A stretch of DNA of 63,870 nt, counting the filler, from Reticulomyxa filosa (taxonomy: Eukaryota; Protista; Foraminifera): NCBI GenBank assembly GCA_000512085.1. It is 21 parts of 21 records of this genome, joined end to end, with 100 filler letters (N's around TTAATTAATTAA, not from the genome) between each part and the next. Parts side by side here need not be neighbours in the genome. Positions count along the whole stretch, not along the records: positions 13,683 to 20,077 come from ASPP01021487.1; positions 20,178 to 21,425 come from ASPP01024018.1; positions 21,526 to 23,398 come from ASPP01002785.1; positions 23,499 to 24,787 come from ASPP01018864.1; positions 24,888 to 25,980 come from ASPP01002620.1; 16 more parts are not named here. The stretch is one strand, 5' to 3'. This document shows, in pieces, positions 13,683-25,281 of the stretch; position 1 is the stretch's first letter, and the number at the start of each line of letters is the position of its first letter. The notes under the pieces were generated by a model, which was not told the origin of the DNA, made no database searches, and worked only from the letters and a program-made list of their open reading frames with translations. Position numbers and translations under genes: made by a program.

Positions 13683-16600
13683 AATGAAACATATTTTTAC
13701 CAATAATTAGAAAAAGAAAAAAAAGTGGAAGTTGGGATAATTAACAGGAATAAATTTGCAAGGTTATTGTAAAAACGAAGAATGTTTAGCAAGTAAGGCA
13801 AAGATTCCTGTATGGATCAATCTTAAATTTGGTGAGATTTCATTTGATTCCAATAAAATATCTTATAGTTGTCCTGATTGTAATCAATCCACAGTGACAT
13901 CATTAATTAAAGTACTTTTCTTTAATTCAGAATATTCCATTTTTGCAAGTGATGGATCGGCAAGTGAAAATGACCACAATTATCAACGTAGTTATCCAAT
14001 TCAATCAGGATTGAAATATACATTGAAAGCAAATAAAATCAGACAACATGCAAAAAGTATTGAAGATTTAAGAGACAGAAGTGAAAAGGCAATGATGAGT
14101 AACGATATTATCAACTTAGTTGCTGAATTACAAAAGTATTTGATTACAGTTGTGAAACCACCAAGTTTGAAAGGAAATGAAAGATTATTAGAAAAAATTA
14201 AGGCAGATTATAAAGATGATTTTAATCAAGCATTTGATGTTGGAAGATTTACAATATTATGTGATAATGAAATCAAATTGCAGACAGCAGTGACTGTAAT
14301 GAAGAAAGCAGAGCAATTTCATTTGATTGTATCTGAAGATAAAGATTTCTTTGATAGACTATCGAAAACGCATCATCGATTTCATAATATCAAATTGTAT
14401 GTTCCAATTTATGATGTTTATATTGAAATGCAAGCCACTTTAAAAAGATTTACAACATTAGAAACACATTCTGTGATTGAAAATCCGAAATTAAGTCATT
14501 TATTTTATGAATTGATTCGAGCATGGAAACCAAAAGATTCATCGAAAGAAGAGGAGTTAAAATACGCAAGTGATGAAACATTAACCAAAATCAATGATGT
14601 TATTTGTGAATGGATGGATGAAAAAGGAATACAAAAATTAGCGAATCGTTATAAATCATCTTTGGATATTGGAATATTGAAACCACCACAATTAAATGAA
14701 AAAAGTGAAATTGAAATTGACAATAATGTGCCATTAAAAATTACACAATTTACATATGAGCAACTTTGTAAATTCACGCCAGAGAAAGTAAAAGGGAAAG
14801 CAATTTATGTGCTCTTATATGATTATTATAAAAAATATATCATTGGAGATAAACATCCGGCAAGTTGTCATGATTTTGCGTTATTACTACAAGAATCTAC
14901 AAAACAAGAATTAGAAGAAGATGTGGCCATATCACAAGCACTTGAAACATATATTCCATTACAAGCCAATAATTATCCATATACTGATGGTGATGACCAT
15001 GAAAAACAAAAGACCTTTGATTGTCATCAACATGTCATTGAGTATTTACATAATCAAGAAGAAAAAAAAAGTGAACAAAAAGAAAAAAAAGTGATGATAA
15101 TTCAAGGTACATCAGGATCAGGGAAAAGTATATTCTGTCGTTATTTAGAAGAAGCATTATGGAATAATTATACATTTTGTTCAAAAAAGGCCATTCCTGT
15201 TTATATTTCTTTTGCAAAATTTTATAACAAACAAAATGAAAAAGATATTATTTTACAAGCATTACAAGGCAAACATATCAATAAACAAAGTATTGATGCA
15301 ATTCGTGAAAAAGTATCATTTGTGTTTATTATGGACGGATTTGATGAAATATTTGATGTTTATAGTCAAAATCATAATGACAATGAACAATATTTTTTTA
15401 ACCGTTTTCATTTGAATCAATGGAATGCAAAAGTAATTGTGACTTGTCGAAGCAAAGTATTAAAAGAAGGAGATATCAAAACCACTTTGATTGGTGAGAA
15501 TCAACATCATACATCAACCATGTATTTATGGCCATTTACAGCACGACAAATGCATATTTATATTGAAAAGTTTGCAGCAATGAAATCAAAAATTAATAAT
15601 AACAAAAAAGATAACAAAAAAGATGAAAATGGTAATTGGAATTCACAAAAATATGAAGAGACACTGAACAAGTATCCAAATTTACAAAAAATGGTGGAAG
15701 AGCCTTTTCTTCTTCAACTCATTTTGGATGTTTTGCCATTGTTGCAAAAAAATTACGGCACAAACACAAAGATTTCCAGAGCACAAGTATATGAAGTATT
15801 CAATGATCAATGGGTTGATGATCACGCACAAAAAATTATTTTTAAGCTAAAAGAGCTAAAAGTGCAAATGAACGTCAGTAAACTCAAATCAGTGTTCAAA
15901 CAATATTGCCTCGATTTAGGCCTTGACATGCTTCTTGAAGAAAACAAGTCATTACTGAATTGGACATGGATGATTCTCAAGATGAAACAAAAATATGAAT
16001 GTGGATAAATGGCAAAAGTATTTCAATGGAGATAGTGTTACCAGATATATATTAAGAAAAGTTGGTGATAACAAATATCAATTTCTGCACAAATCATGTC
16101 AAGAATATTTTGCTGCACAAAAAATTTTATTAAATATCATGTCATGGAATACTTGTGAGAATAATACAATTCATCAATTGTGCATTAATCAGAAATTGTT
16201 AAATGCAGAATTAAGTGTTATTCAATTTATAGCAGACAGGGTTGATGATCAATCACAACAACTTTCATATTTAAAACCTAAATTATTTCAAATCATACAA
16301 CTATCCAAAAATAATCCAAGCATATCAATTGCAGCAGCAAATGCAGCAACAATACTTAATACAGCAAATATTAGTATGAGTTATCAAAATTGGGACAATA
16401 TCTGTATACCACATGCAATATTGGACAGAGCATTTCTTGAAGGAACAACTTTCAAAGGAGCCATTTTAGATCATGTCAGTTTCTTTCAAGCTTCTCTTGC
16501 TAACACCAATTTCACAAATGCATCGACTAATTCAATCAACTTTGGTGAATATACATATTTTCAAGGACATTTAGGATCTGTTAATTCTGTTGGATTCTCT

Positions 16601-18667
16601 CCTGATGGCTCTAAACTTGTATCAGGCTCAGATGATAAAACCATTCGAATATGGGACATAACATCTGGAAAACAAATTCAATCATTAGAAGGACATTCAC
16701 ATCGTGTTAATTCTGTTGGATTCTCTCCTGATGGCTCTAAAATTGTATCAGGTTCAGAAGATAAAACCATTCGAATATGGGATGTGTCATCTGGAAAACA
16801 ACTTCAATTATTCCAAGGACATTTCAAATCTGTTATTTCTGTTGCATTATCTCCTGATGGCTCTAAGATTGTATCGGGATCATATGATCAAACCATTAGA
16901 ACATGGGATGTGTCATCTGGAAAACAAATGCTGTCATTGTCGGGAACTGCCCCTCGTGTTGCATTCTCCCCTGATGGTTCTAAAATTGTGGCGGGCTCAT
17001 TTTATGGATGGATTCAAATATGGGATGCATTATCTGGAAAAGAACTTCAATCATTCCAAGAACATGCAAGGTGTGTTAATTCTGTTCAATTCTCTCCTGA
17101 TGGCTCTAAAATTGTATCAGGTTCAGATGATAATATCATTCGAATATGGGATGTATTATCTGGAAAACAACTTCAATCATTCGAAGGGGATCCAACTGCT
17201 ATTCAGTCTGGTGTTGAGTCTGTTGCATTCTCTCCTGATGGCTCTAAAATTGTATCAGCATCACTTAATCAACCCGTTCAAATATGGGATGTATCATCTG
17301 GAAAAGAGCTTCAATCATTCGAAGGACATTCAAACATTGTTCATTCTGTTGGATTCTCTCCTGATGGCTCTAAAATTGTATCAGGAGCAGGTGACAGTAC
17401 CATTCGCATGTGGGATGTATCATCTGAAAAACAAATTCAAACATTTGAAGGACGTTTAGGTTCTGTTCATTCTGCTCGATTCTCTCCTGATGGCTCTAAG
17501 ATTGCATCAGTTTCAGATGATAATACCATTCGAATATGGGACGTAATATCTGGAAAACAAATTCAATCATTAGAAGAACATTCAAGCTCTGTTTATTCTG
17601 TTGGATTCTCTCCTGATGGCTCTAAAATTGTATCAGGTTCAGATGATAAAACCATTCGAATATGGGACATAACATCAGGAAAAGAACTTCAATCATTAGA
17701 AGGACATTCAAGGTCTGTTGGTTCTGTTGCATTCTCTCCTGATGGCTCTAAAATTGTATCAGGATCATACGATCAAACCGTTCGAATATGGGATGTATCA
17801 TCTGGAAAAGAACTTCAATCATTGAAAGGACATTCAGGTGATATTAGTTCTGTTGGATTCTCTCCTGATGGTTCTAAAATTGTATCAGGATCATATGATG
17901 CTACCATTCGAATATGGGATGTATCATCCGGAGAACAACTTCAATCATCGGAAACACATTCGGGTGCTGTTTATTCGATTGGAATTTCTCTTGATGGCTC
18001 CAAAATTGTATCAGGCTCATTTGATCGAACCGTTCGAATATGGGACGTATCATCTGGAAAACAACTTCAATTATTACAAGGTCATTCAGATCGTGTTCGT
18101 TCTGTTGCATTCTCTCCTGATGGCTCTACAATTGTATCAGGAGGATGGGATAGCATTCGAGTATGGGATGTGTCATCTGGAAAACAAGTTCAATTATTAG
18201 AAGGACATTCTTTTCATGTTTATTCTGTTGAATTCTCTCTTGATGGCTCCAAAATTGTATCAGGGTCGTATGATGGAACCATTCGAATATGGGATATATC
18301 ATTAAGAACACATCCCGATGCAACTCAGTATGTTCGACTTTCTCCAGATGGTTCTGAAATGGTTTCAAGTTTAGATGATAAAAGAAATGTATCGTTGAAT
18401 CAATCTCACAATGATGATATAAAATTATCTGAAAATTCTTGTGATGTCTACAACACGAAACTATCAGTTGATAAAAAACAATCAGAATTGAGTTTGGAAA
18501 ATGGAACCGTGTGTTTGCCGAATGATGATATACCGCATTGGAAATGTATTTTGCGTATCGGTAATGATGGTGTGGGTTTATCATTGAAAAACAGTATTTG
18601 GAAAGATGTAAAAGGTTTAACTCCAGCGCAGAAGTTGCTTGTGGAACAACGTGGTGGAACTTTTTAA
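13683..18667 (+). CDS. NLR-like STAND protein: Zn-ribbon / RelA-SpoT-like domain / NACHT / pentapeptide / 14x WD40 (5' truncated; split by two 1-nt shifts near 15940-15995)
   Basis: ORFs 13756-16008 and 15995-18667. Motifs: CKNEEC..CPDC; LKGNERLLEK..FDVGRFTI..KDFF..HHRFHN..IEMQ; Walker A GTSGSGKS (15106-15129); Walker B FIMDGFDE; PFLL; FLHKSCQEYFAA; pentapeptide AILDRAFLEGTTFKGAILDHVSF; and WD40 repeats. Confidence 0.9.
16555..18305 (+). repeat. Tandem array of 14 ~126-bp WD40-coding repeats with high DNA identity
   Basis: TTCTCTCCTGATGGCTCTAAAATTGTATCAGG and CGAATATGGGA recur every ~126 nt. There are 14 (F/L/I)S(P/L)DGS units plus a degenerate 15th. Confidence 0.93.
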
Positions 18668-19819
18668 ACATTATTTTGATTTTTTTTTTGTATTGGGGCT
18701 GTAAGCAAGTTTTTTTTGGAAATTATACTGCATCGGTATTGTAAATCTTTGATTTGATTTATAAGTACTTGCAATGGTTTTTTTTGACATCATAGAAATA
18801 TTCTTTTTGAATTGAAAACAAGCAATTTGAGAATTTTTAACCAAGAACGTATTCAATTCTTTTAAAAAAAAATATTTTTTTTTGTTGATTTAATTTTTCA
18901 TCAGCTTTTTTTGAATGGAAATAATCAAACCAAGTTTTTGATATATATTCTTCTATTGCCAAATGTTCAATATTTTTTGCAAACTCACCAACAAAATAAG
19001 TCTCTTGATAGAATGAAAAAAACAATTAAAATTTTCTATTTGCATTTTATCATGTAACGAATTGAAATTCTGTTGCTTGTGCCAAGTGTTAATAATCAAA
19101 CTATTTATTTGTAAACACAAACATTTTCAATTGTTAATATGATATATTCATATGTATTTCAGTCATTAACTGACAAACTATTTGACAAATAATCCTCTCA
19201 AGCAAGTTAATCATTCGAAAATGCCAAGAACCATAGAGAATGAGATTACAATATTTGGTATGAACATCAAAAAACCATTATACCATTGGATATGGACATT
19301 GATTTCAATGATGATTCATTTGGATTTCCAACTTGTAATGTTTCAATTTGTAATTGCTTATTGTCAAATAGCACAATCCTTCGATGCTCATAATCTAATG
19401 CCATTACATAATTTTTCCATTTTCCATTCTTCAACATATATACCGTCCTTGAAATTTATCTTGTTTGAACATTATAAAATATTTATGATATTTGTTATTT
19501 TTGTATTGATTGTTTGTGTTATCATAAAATAACAATACAAAATCACAATAATCATAGATAAGTTTCTGATAAATCCATTCTAATAACATTTCCACAACCA
19601 CATTAATTAAATATGACAATTTTGATAATCAATTATTATCAATTCTTTTTTGAAACCCAAATTGTTGTATAAACATTGATGCATTCGTGAGTTACTTATT
19701 TATATTATAAACAACAATAACAAAAAAATTTCAAAATATTTCGAAGACCACACAATATGCATCAATATATTACTTTGTTTGGACTGTTCAAATTTGCTTT
19801 TTAAGCTTAATAATTTATT

Positions 19820-20030
19820 TTATAATGACACCCATAATTGAATTGTTTTATCATAAGAAGATGATACGATAATATCACATCTGACGAAATATCATATTAT
19901 TTGAATGTCTTATCCGTTTTTTTATATTTCAATTCTTAATTTCACATCGAATAATCGAATTACACCATTTATGAAACACACTACAATAACTTGATTATCT
20001 GGAAATTGTTGCAAACTCTTTGGTATCACA
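19820..20030 (-). pseudogene. Degenerate WD40 gene remnant
   Basis: The minus strand reads FPDNQVIVVCFINGVIRLFDVK...IIVSSSYDKTIQLW, with stops and frameshifts. Confidence 0.5.
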
Positions 20031-20036
20031 TACTGA

Positions 20037-20077
20037 TACAGTAGATTGCAAAAAAAACTGCCATACCTAAATGGCAC
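20037..20077 (+). mobile_element. Tc1/mariner terminal inverted repeat (family A) at contig end
   Basis: TA+CAGTAGATTGCAAAAAAAACTGCCATACCTAAATGGCAC. It is near-identical to 54045-54088 and to the reverse complement of 2216-2255. Confidence 0.8.
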
Positions 20078-20204
20078 NNNNNNNNNNNNNNNNNNNNNNN
20101 NNNNNNNNNNNNNNNNNNNNNTTAATTAATTAANNNNNNNNNNNNNNNNNNNNNNNNNNNNNNNNNNNNNNNNNNNNTTTTTTAAAAAAAAAAAAAAATT
20201 AAAG

Positions 20205-21347
20205 ATTGGATGTTTCAAAGAAGGCGTTGCGTTGTTGCTTCGACATAAATCACTCGAATTGTTTCAACAAATGTTACTGTCGTCAGAAATGACCTTTTTG
20301 TCCAATCAAGTGCTCAAGATCGTTTATACCATTGCTAAAACGTGTGCTCGTCACAACGGCGACATTTTCGACTCTTTCTTCCGTCAATGGGCTCTGTTGT
20401 CGGAGGTCATTCTCGCTGGAGTAAATGCGATTGACATCTCCACTCGGGTTTGTTTGTTGGGTTATTTTGTCTTGAGTAGAGGGGACCTCCGATGTTTGGA
20501 TTACAATGAACATTTTTTTTGTTTAAAAAAAAAAAGGAGTCTTGCATACTGCTAATTGGTGTGCTGTGTTCCAACGACAAGTTTTTGTGCCAATTGTTTG
20601 AAGAAAAACAAGTCACTATATTAACCGATATTGTAAACCAGTCTTCTTCCAAGGTGTCTGAAGATGAACAGTTGTTGGTCGTCGCTTCTTTGCACGCTTT
20701 GACTGACGTGTTTTTGTGCCAGTTTTGTTTGCTTTGATTTACTTGCTTTGGGGAAGGGAGGAAAAAAAAAGATATGGAAACATGCCAATAGTTACATAAT
20801 GTGAATATCAATACACTCCAAAATAAAATAAAGAGGCGCAGAAGACAGCAAGGTCCAAAAAATTCAAAAAACACTAATTAAACAGTTTGGTGGCATTGAA
20901 AAACTTTTTACATTCATTCAATTGCCATTTGATGATTTGCGATTTGGAGCGTTTCGTTTGATTGACCAAATTTCCAAACATCCATGGGCTTTGCAAGTTT
21001 GTGTGTTTTTTTTAAAAAAATGATTGAATTTGAAACCAGCTCAAATAAACAAACACTGAAATAAACAGATCGTTTATTCGACAGCTGGTTTATATGAGTA
21101 TTTGACTAATCGAAGAGATGCAGATATCAAATTGGCAATGGAATGGAAATATGCTGTTCTTCAGTCGATTTACAAAAATCCTCTGTGCTCTAAGACCTTG
21201 ACTAGCATTCACCAAGAACAACTGAAAGAACATCTTCAACAAGGTGTTGTTTTTAACACATCACAACCTTCTGATACTCACAAACGCAAAGACAATAAGG
21301 TTAATCAGTCTGGCGCTGTCAAAATTATTTGGGATGAACGCTATTGA
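20205..21347 (+). CDS. PSMD5: 26S proteasome base assembly chaperone S5b/Hsm3 (PSMD5-like), 3' part
   Basis: The spliced C-terminus LPFDDLRFGAFRLIDQISKHPWALQ-IVYSTAGLYEYLTNR...EWKYAVLQSI...LKEHLQQG matches the PSMD5 pattern PF.EL..AA...F..IA..PW.....PGF.EY..DR.....K....KY. Upstream exons are helical/ARM-like. Confidence 0.72.
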
Positions 21348-21525
21348 TTGAACAAATTGCTTTCTACTCTGGTCTTTGTAGGCCTAGTACAAAGTGTTCA
21401 TCGATTTATTGTTCTTTTTAGAAAANNNNNNNNNNNNNNNNNNNNNNNNNNNNNNNNNNNNNNNNNNNNTTAATTAATTAANNNNNNNNNNNNNNNNNNN
21501 NNNNNNNNNNNNNNNNNNNNNNNNN

Positions 21526-23074
21526 TGCATTTCATCAGGCTTGCTTAACCAAGGTTATCTGGAAAACAACTGCAAGTTCTAGAATATTCTTCAAGTTCTG
21601 TATCTACAGCAAGTTTTTCATTTGATGGTTCCAGAATTGTATCTGGTTCAGGTGATGGCACAATTCAATTATGGGATGTATCATCTGGAAAACAAATTCA
21701 AGTATTAGAAGGACATTTAGATTCTATAATCAATGTGGAATTTTTTCCAAATGAATCCAAAATTTTGTCATGTTCAGATGATGGTAATACTCGAATATGG
21801 GACATTTCTTTAGAAAGAAAAATTCAGTTAACAGAAAAGTACCTAGATAAAATAACAAAAGTAAAATTTTCTCCTGATGGTTCTAAAATTGTATCAAGTT
21901 CAAGAGATAAAACAATTAGATTGTGGGATGCACAATCAGGGAGACAAATTCATGTATTTGAAGGTCATTCCGGTTATATAAATGAAGTATTATTTTCACC
22001 AGATTGTTCTAAAATTGTATCATATTCAGAGGATAAAACAATCCGAATATGGGATTTATTGTCAGGAAAACAACTTCAATTATTGAAACATTCAGATCGT
22101 ATAAAAGATATATTACTATCATCAGATGGTTCTAAAATTGTATCAAATTTATATGATAAAACAATCCGAATATGTGATCAGGAAAACAACTTCAATTATT
22201 GAAAGGACATTCAAAAATTGTGAATCAAGTGCAATTTTCATCAGATGGTTCTAAAATTGTATCATTTGCACATGATGAAATCCGAATATGGGATATATCA
22301 TCAGGAATACAAATTCAATTATTTAATGGTGTATCTAATGCACAATTGTTGTCAGATGGATATAGAATTCTATTTTGTTTACATAATGCAATCGCGTTGT
22401 GGGATACTTTATCTAATAAACAAATCCAGATATTTGAAGAAAATGCAACTTCCGTGTATAGGATACAAATTTCACCAGATGATTCTAAATTTGTATCGTG
22501 TTCATTTGATAATACAATTCGAGTATGGGATATATCATCTGGAAAACAGATTTTTTCATACACAGTAAGTGCAAGTGTAACTAAAGTAATATTTTCTCCA
22601 GATGGTACTACAATTGTGTTTTTTTTAACTAGTAAAGCAATTGAATTGTGGAATGAATTGACTGGAAAACAAATCCAAATATTAAATAGACATTCCGATT
22701 GTATAAATGGAATAAAATATTCATTGGATAGTTCTAAAATTATTTCATATTCAGATGATAAAACTATTCGAATATGGGATGTGTCTTTAGGAAAACAAAT
22801 TCAAGTGTTAGAAGGACATAATAATCACATCAATTACATTGACTTATCTCCTGATGGTTCAAAACTAGTGTCATGTTCTGATGATAAAACAATTCGATTA
22901 TGGGGTAGTGATGATGGTAAAATTGCTGATGTAACTGAAACTAGTGTGGTGGATTATATTTGGAAAGTAGGCACTCAAATTGGTTTGTCAATGAAAGGCA
23001 GTATTTGGAAAAACTCAAAGGGTTTGGAAGATGAATAAAAAATGCTTGTGAAACAACGTGGTGGAATAATTTGA
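21526..23074 (+). pseudogene. Disrupted paralogue of the NACHT-pentapeptide-WD40 family (WD40 region)
   Basis: FSPDGSKIVS-type repeats and the same C-terminal cap (GLSMKGSIWKNSKGL..*KMLVKQRGG). Lesions: a 7-nt deletion frameshift near 22175, an in-frame TAA at 23036, and a pentapeptide remnant FHQACLTK joined directly to a WD repeat. Confidence 0.75.
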
Positions 23075-24887
23075 TGTTGTGTTTTTTACTTGTGTGAATA
23101 GAATTCATTTTTTTAAGTATTCTTGTTAAATACAATTACTCTAAGCAAACAAAGTTGTGTCAGGATTTAACTAATTCTTGTTTTTCTCTTGATACTACCT
23201 TAACATAATCAAACTCAATTCGGAATAATATAAAAATTCTTATGAAGAATAATGCTCATTTAAAAGAACGGCCAGATGGAACAAAAATAGTATCTTACTC
23301 AAAAGAAACATTATTTACATCCTAAAAAAAAATAACTTCATATTCAGTTCCAGAAGATGTATATTTAAATTATACAAATTATTAAATAATTTACTCTGNN
23401 NNNNNNNNNNNNNNNNNNNNNNNNNNNNNNNNNNNNNNNNNNTTAATTAATTAANNNNNNNNNNNNNNNNNNNNNNNNNNNNNNNNNNNNNNNNNNNNTT
23501 ATATATATGATTTAACTATACTAATAATATGTGAATGTTAGATTATGCACAAGTATATACGATGCATGTTTATATAAAATAAACTTTTTATTATATTGAT
23601 CATTGTTCTTGTTATTGTTCTGGTTCTTATATGTTCTGGTTCTTGTGTGTTATGTTTCTGATTTTTGAATTATTTTCAATAACTATTTCGATCTTTGAAA
23701 CTCTTTTATATGTTACAACAACGTTATTCATTATTCAAACTTTTTTTAAATTTTTTAAACAAACAAATAAAAATGTACATTGGGATTATTTAACGTATAT
23801 AAAAAATAAGTTAAAGAACTTTCTTTTTGACAAAAAAAACGTTAACTTTGAAGTTTTAACACTTATTGTCATCAACAATCACTATACCCTTCATCATCAT
23901 AATCTTCTTCAACATATTCATCAATTTACGCATCAAATATACTACATTCAACTTGATAATGAAATCAAATAAATTGCCAAATTGATTTTCAATTGGCATG
24001 CACCTCCACAATCGCAATTTGCTTACTTACACAAATCACAAAAAAATATGTTTGTATCAATTAATTCAAACAAGATTATACAAAAAGTATATATACGTAT
24101 AAAGTTAACAGGATATACACAAATGTAGATATAGTAATGCAAACAACAAATACTTACATCGATTGCAGAAAAGGCTTTCGCTTTGTTAATTTTCCAAACA
24201 AGTGACATTGCTCGATACGAATGAATGGAGCACATTGCATTGAACTATCCAAAAAAAAAGTATTAGTTGAATTTATTTATTTTAGATTCGTATTTGCGTA
24301 TGTGTGGTGTAAATGTATAATATTTACGTATTATGATTATGTTTTGCAAAGTTTGCATCACAAAAATAAAATTAGAAACTTGTGGGATTCGAAAATTGCA
24401 ATCAATTGTAATTTCAATTCTTGTTGAAGGTCCATTCGAAAGTGTCAACAATTCAAAACAGACAAGTGAAGAAAGAGAGAGAAAATGTGTTTTTTTTTGT
24501 TCTACCAATACAAATGTACTATGTAAAATTACGATATACATTTCATATTATTTTTGCAATTTATATACATATATATCAAAAGTGTCAAATTTTCTATCAA
24601 ACATTTGCACACCATGTTCTAACAATTCAATGTGTGCACCGAGTTACATTTGTACAAATCAGATATATATTTTAAATGGTAGGAATCACATTTCTATCAA
24701 TATGTATACAAAAGAAAAAACGAAGGGAAAAGATTTTTTTGTGTGATATCGAACAGAGTGCAACACAAACGACAAAACCACACTAGTNNNNNNNNNNNNN
24801 NNNNNNNNNNNNNNNNNNNNNNNNNNNNNNNTTAATTAATTAANNNNNNNNNNNNNNNNNNNNNNNNNNNNNNNNNNNNNNNNNNNN

Positions 24888-25281
24888 AATCTTTTAGTGC
24901 TTCTTCCCATGCTGGCAAATATTCCAATGGTTTCTAATACGCTATAATATTTTTTTAAAATTAGATATTATGTTCGATTTGATTTGATGTGTGTCGAGTT
25001 ATAAATTGATAGATTTCTATGTGATCTAGTTTTAATAATAAACTTTGCTATGAGATTTGAATCGTGCTGATGGAGAGTGTTTAAGTTAATGATCAGTCGA
25101 GTTTTTGATTGCTCGACCATTCTTCGTAGTTGATCAACATACGCGCTATCACCTTGCTGTTATATTATTGTAGTTGTTGTTGTGTTAGGAAGTTGGAACA
25201 AAAATACAGACTAACGTCAGGCTCAAGCAAGAATGCAAATTCTTGCTTGCTCGTAATGAAGCTGCTCCCTTCTTCTACCAT
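24888..25281 (-). CDS. MCM3: DNA replication licensing factor MCM3, N-terminal exons
   Basis: Spliced reading: MVEEGSSFITSKQEFAFLLEPD / GDSAYVDQLRRMVEQSKTRLIINLNTLHQHDSNLIA / ..PLEYLPAWEEALKD. This resembles the MCM3 N-terminus (RLIVNLNDLR...P.EY...FE.ALK). There is one apparent frameshift in exon 3. Confidence 0.6.

Noticed and set aside
16704-18200. Long alternative-frame ORFs (251 aa, 120 aa) over the WD40 array
   Set aside because: They are periodic by-products of the repeat unit lacking stops in that frame, with no independent evidence of coding.
23036-23038. In-frame TAA where the paralogue has Gln, suggesting a ciliate-type genetic code
   Set aside because: Other genes here end at TAA or TAG (SPT, NLR, P450), and long ORFs lack internal TAA/TAG. 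This copy also has other lesions, so a nonsense mutation is the simpler explanation.
23499-24787. Several short ORFs on both strands
   Set aside because: The region is AT-rich with no motif or coherent exon chain. It may be a decayed gene, but no call can be supported.
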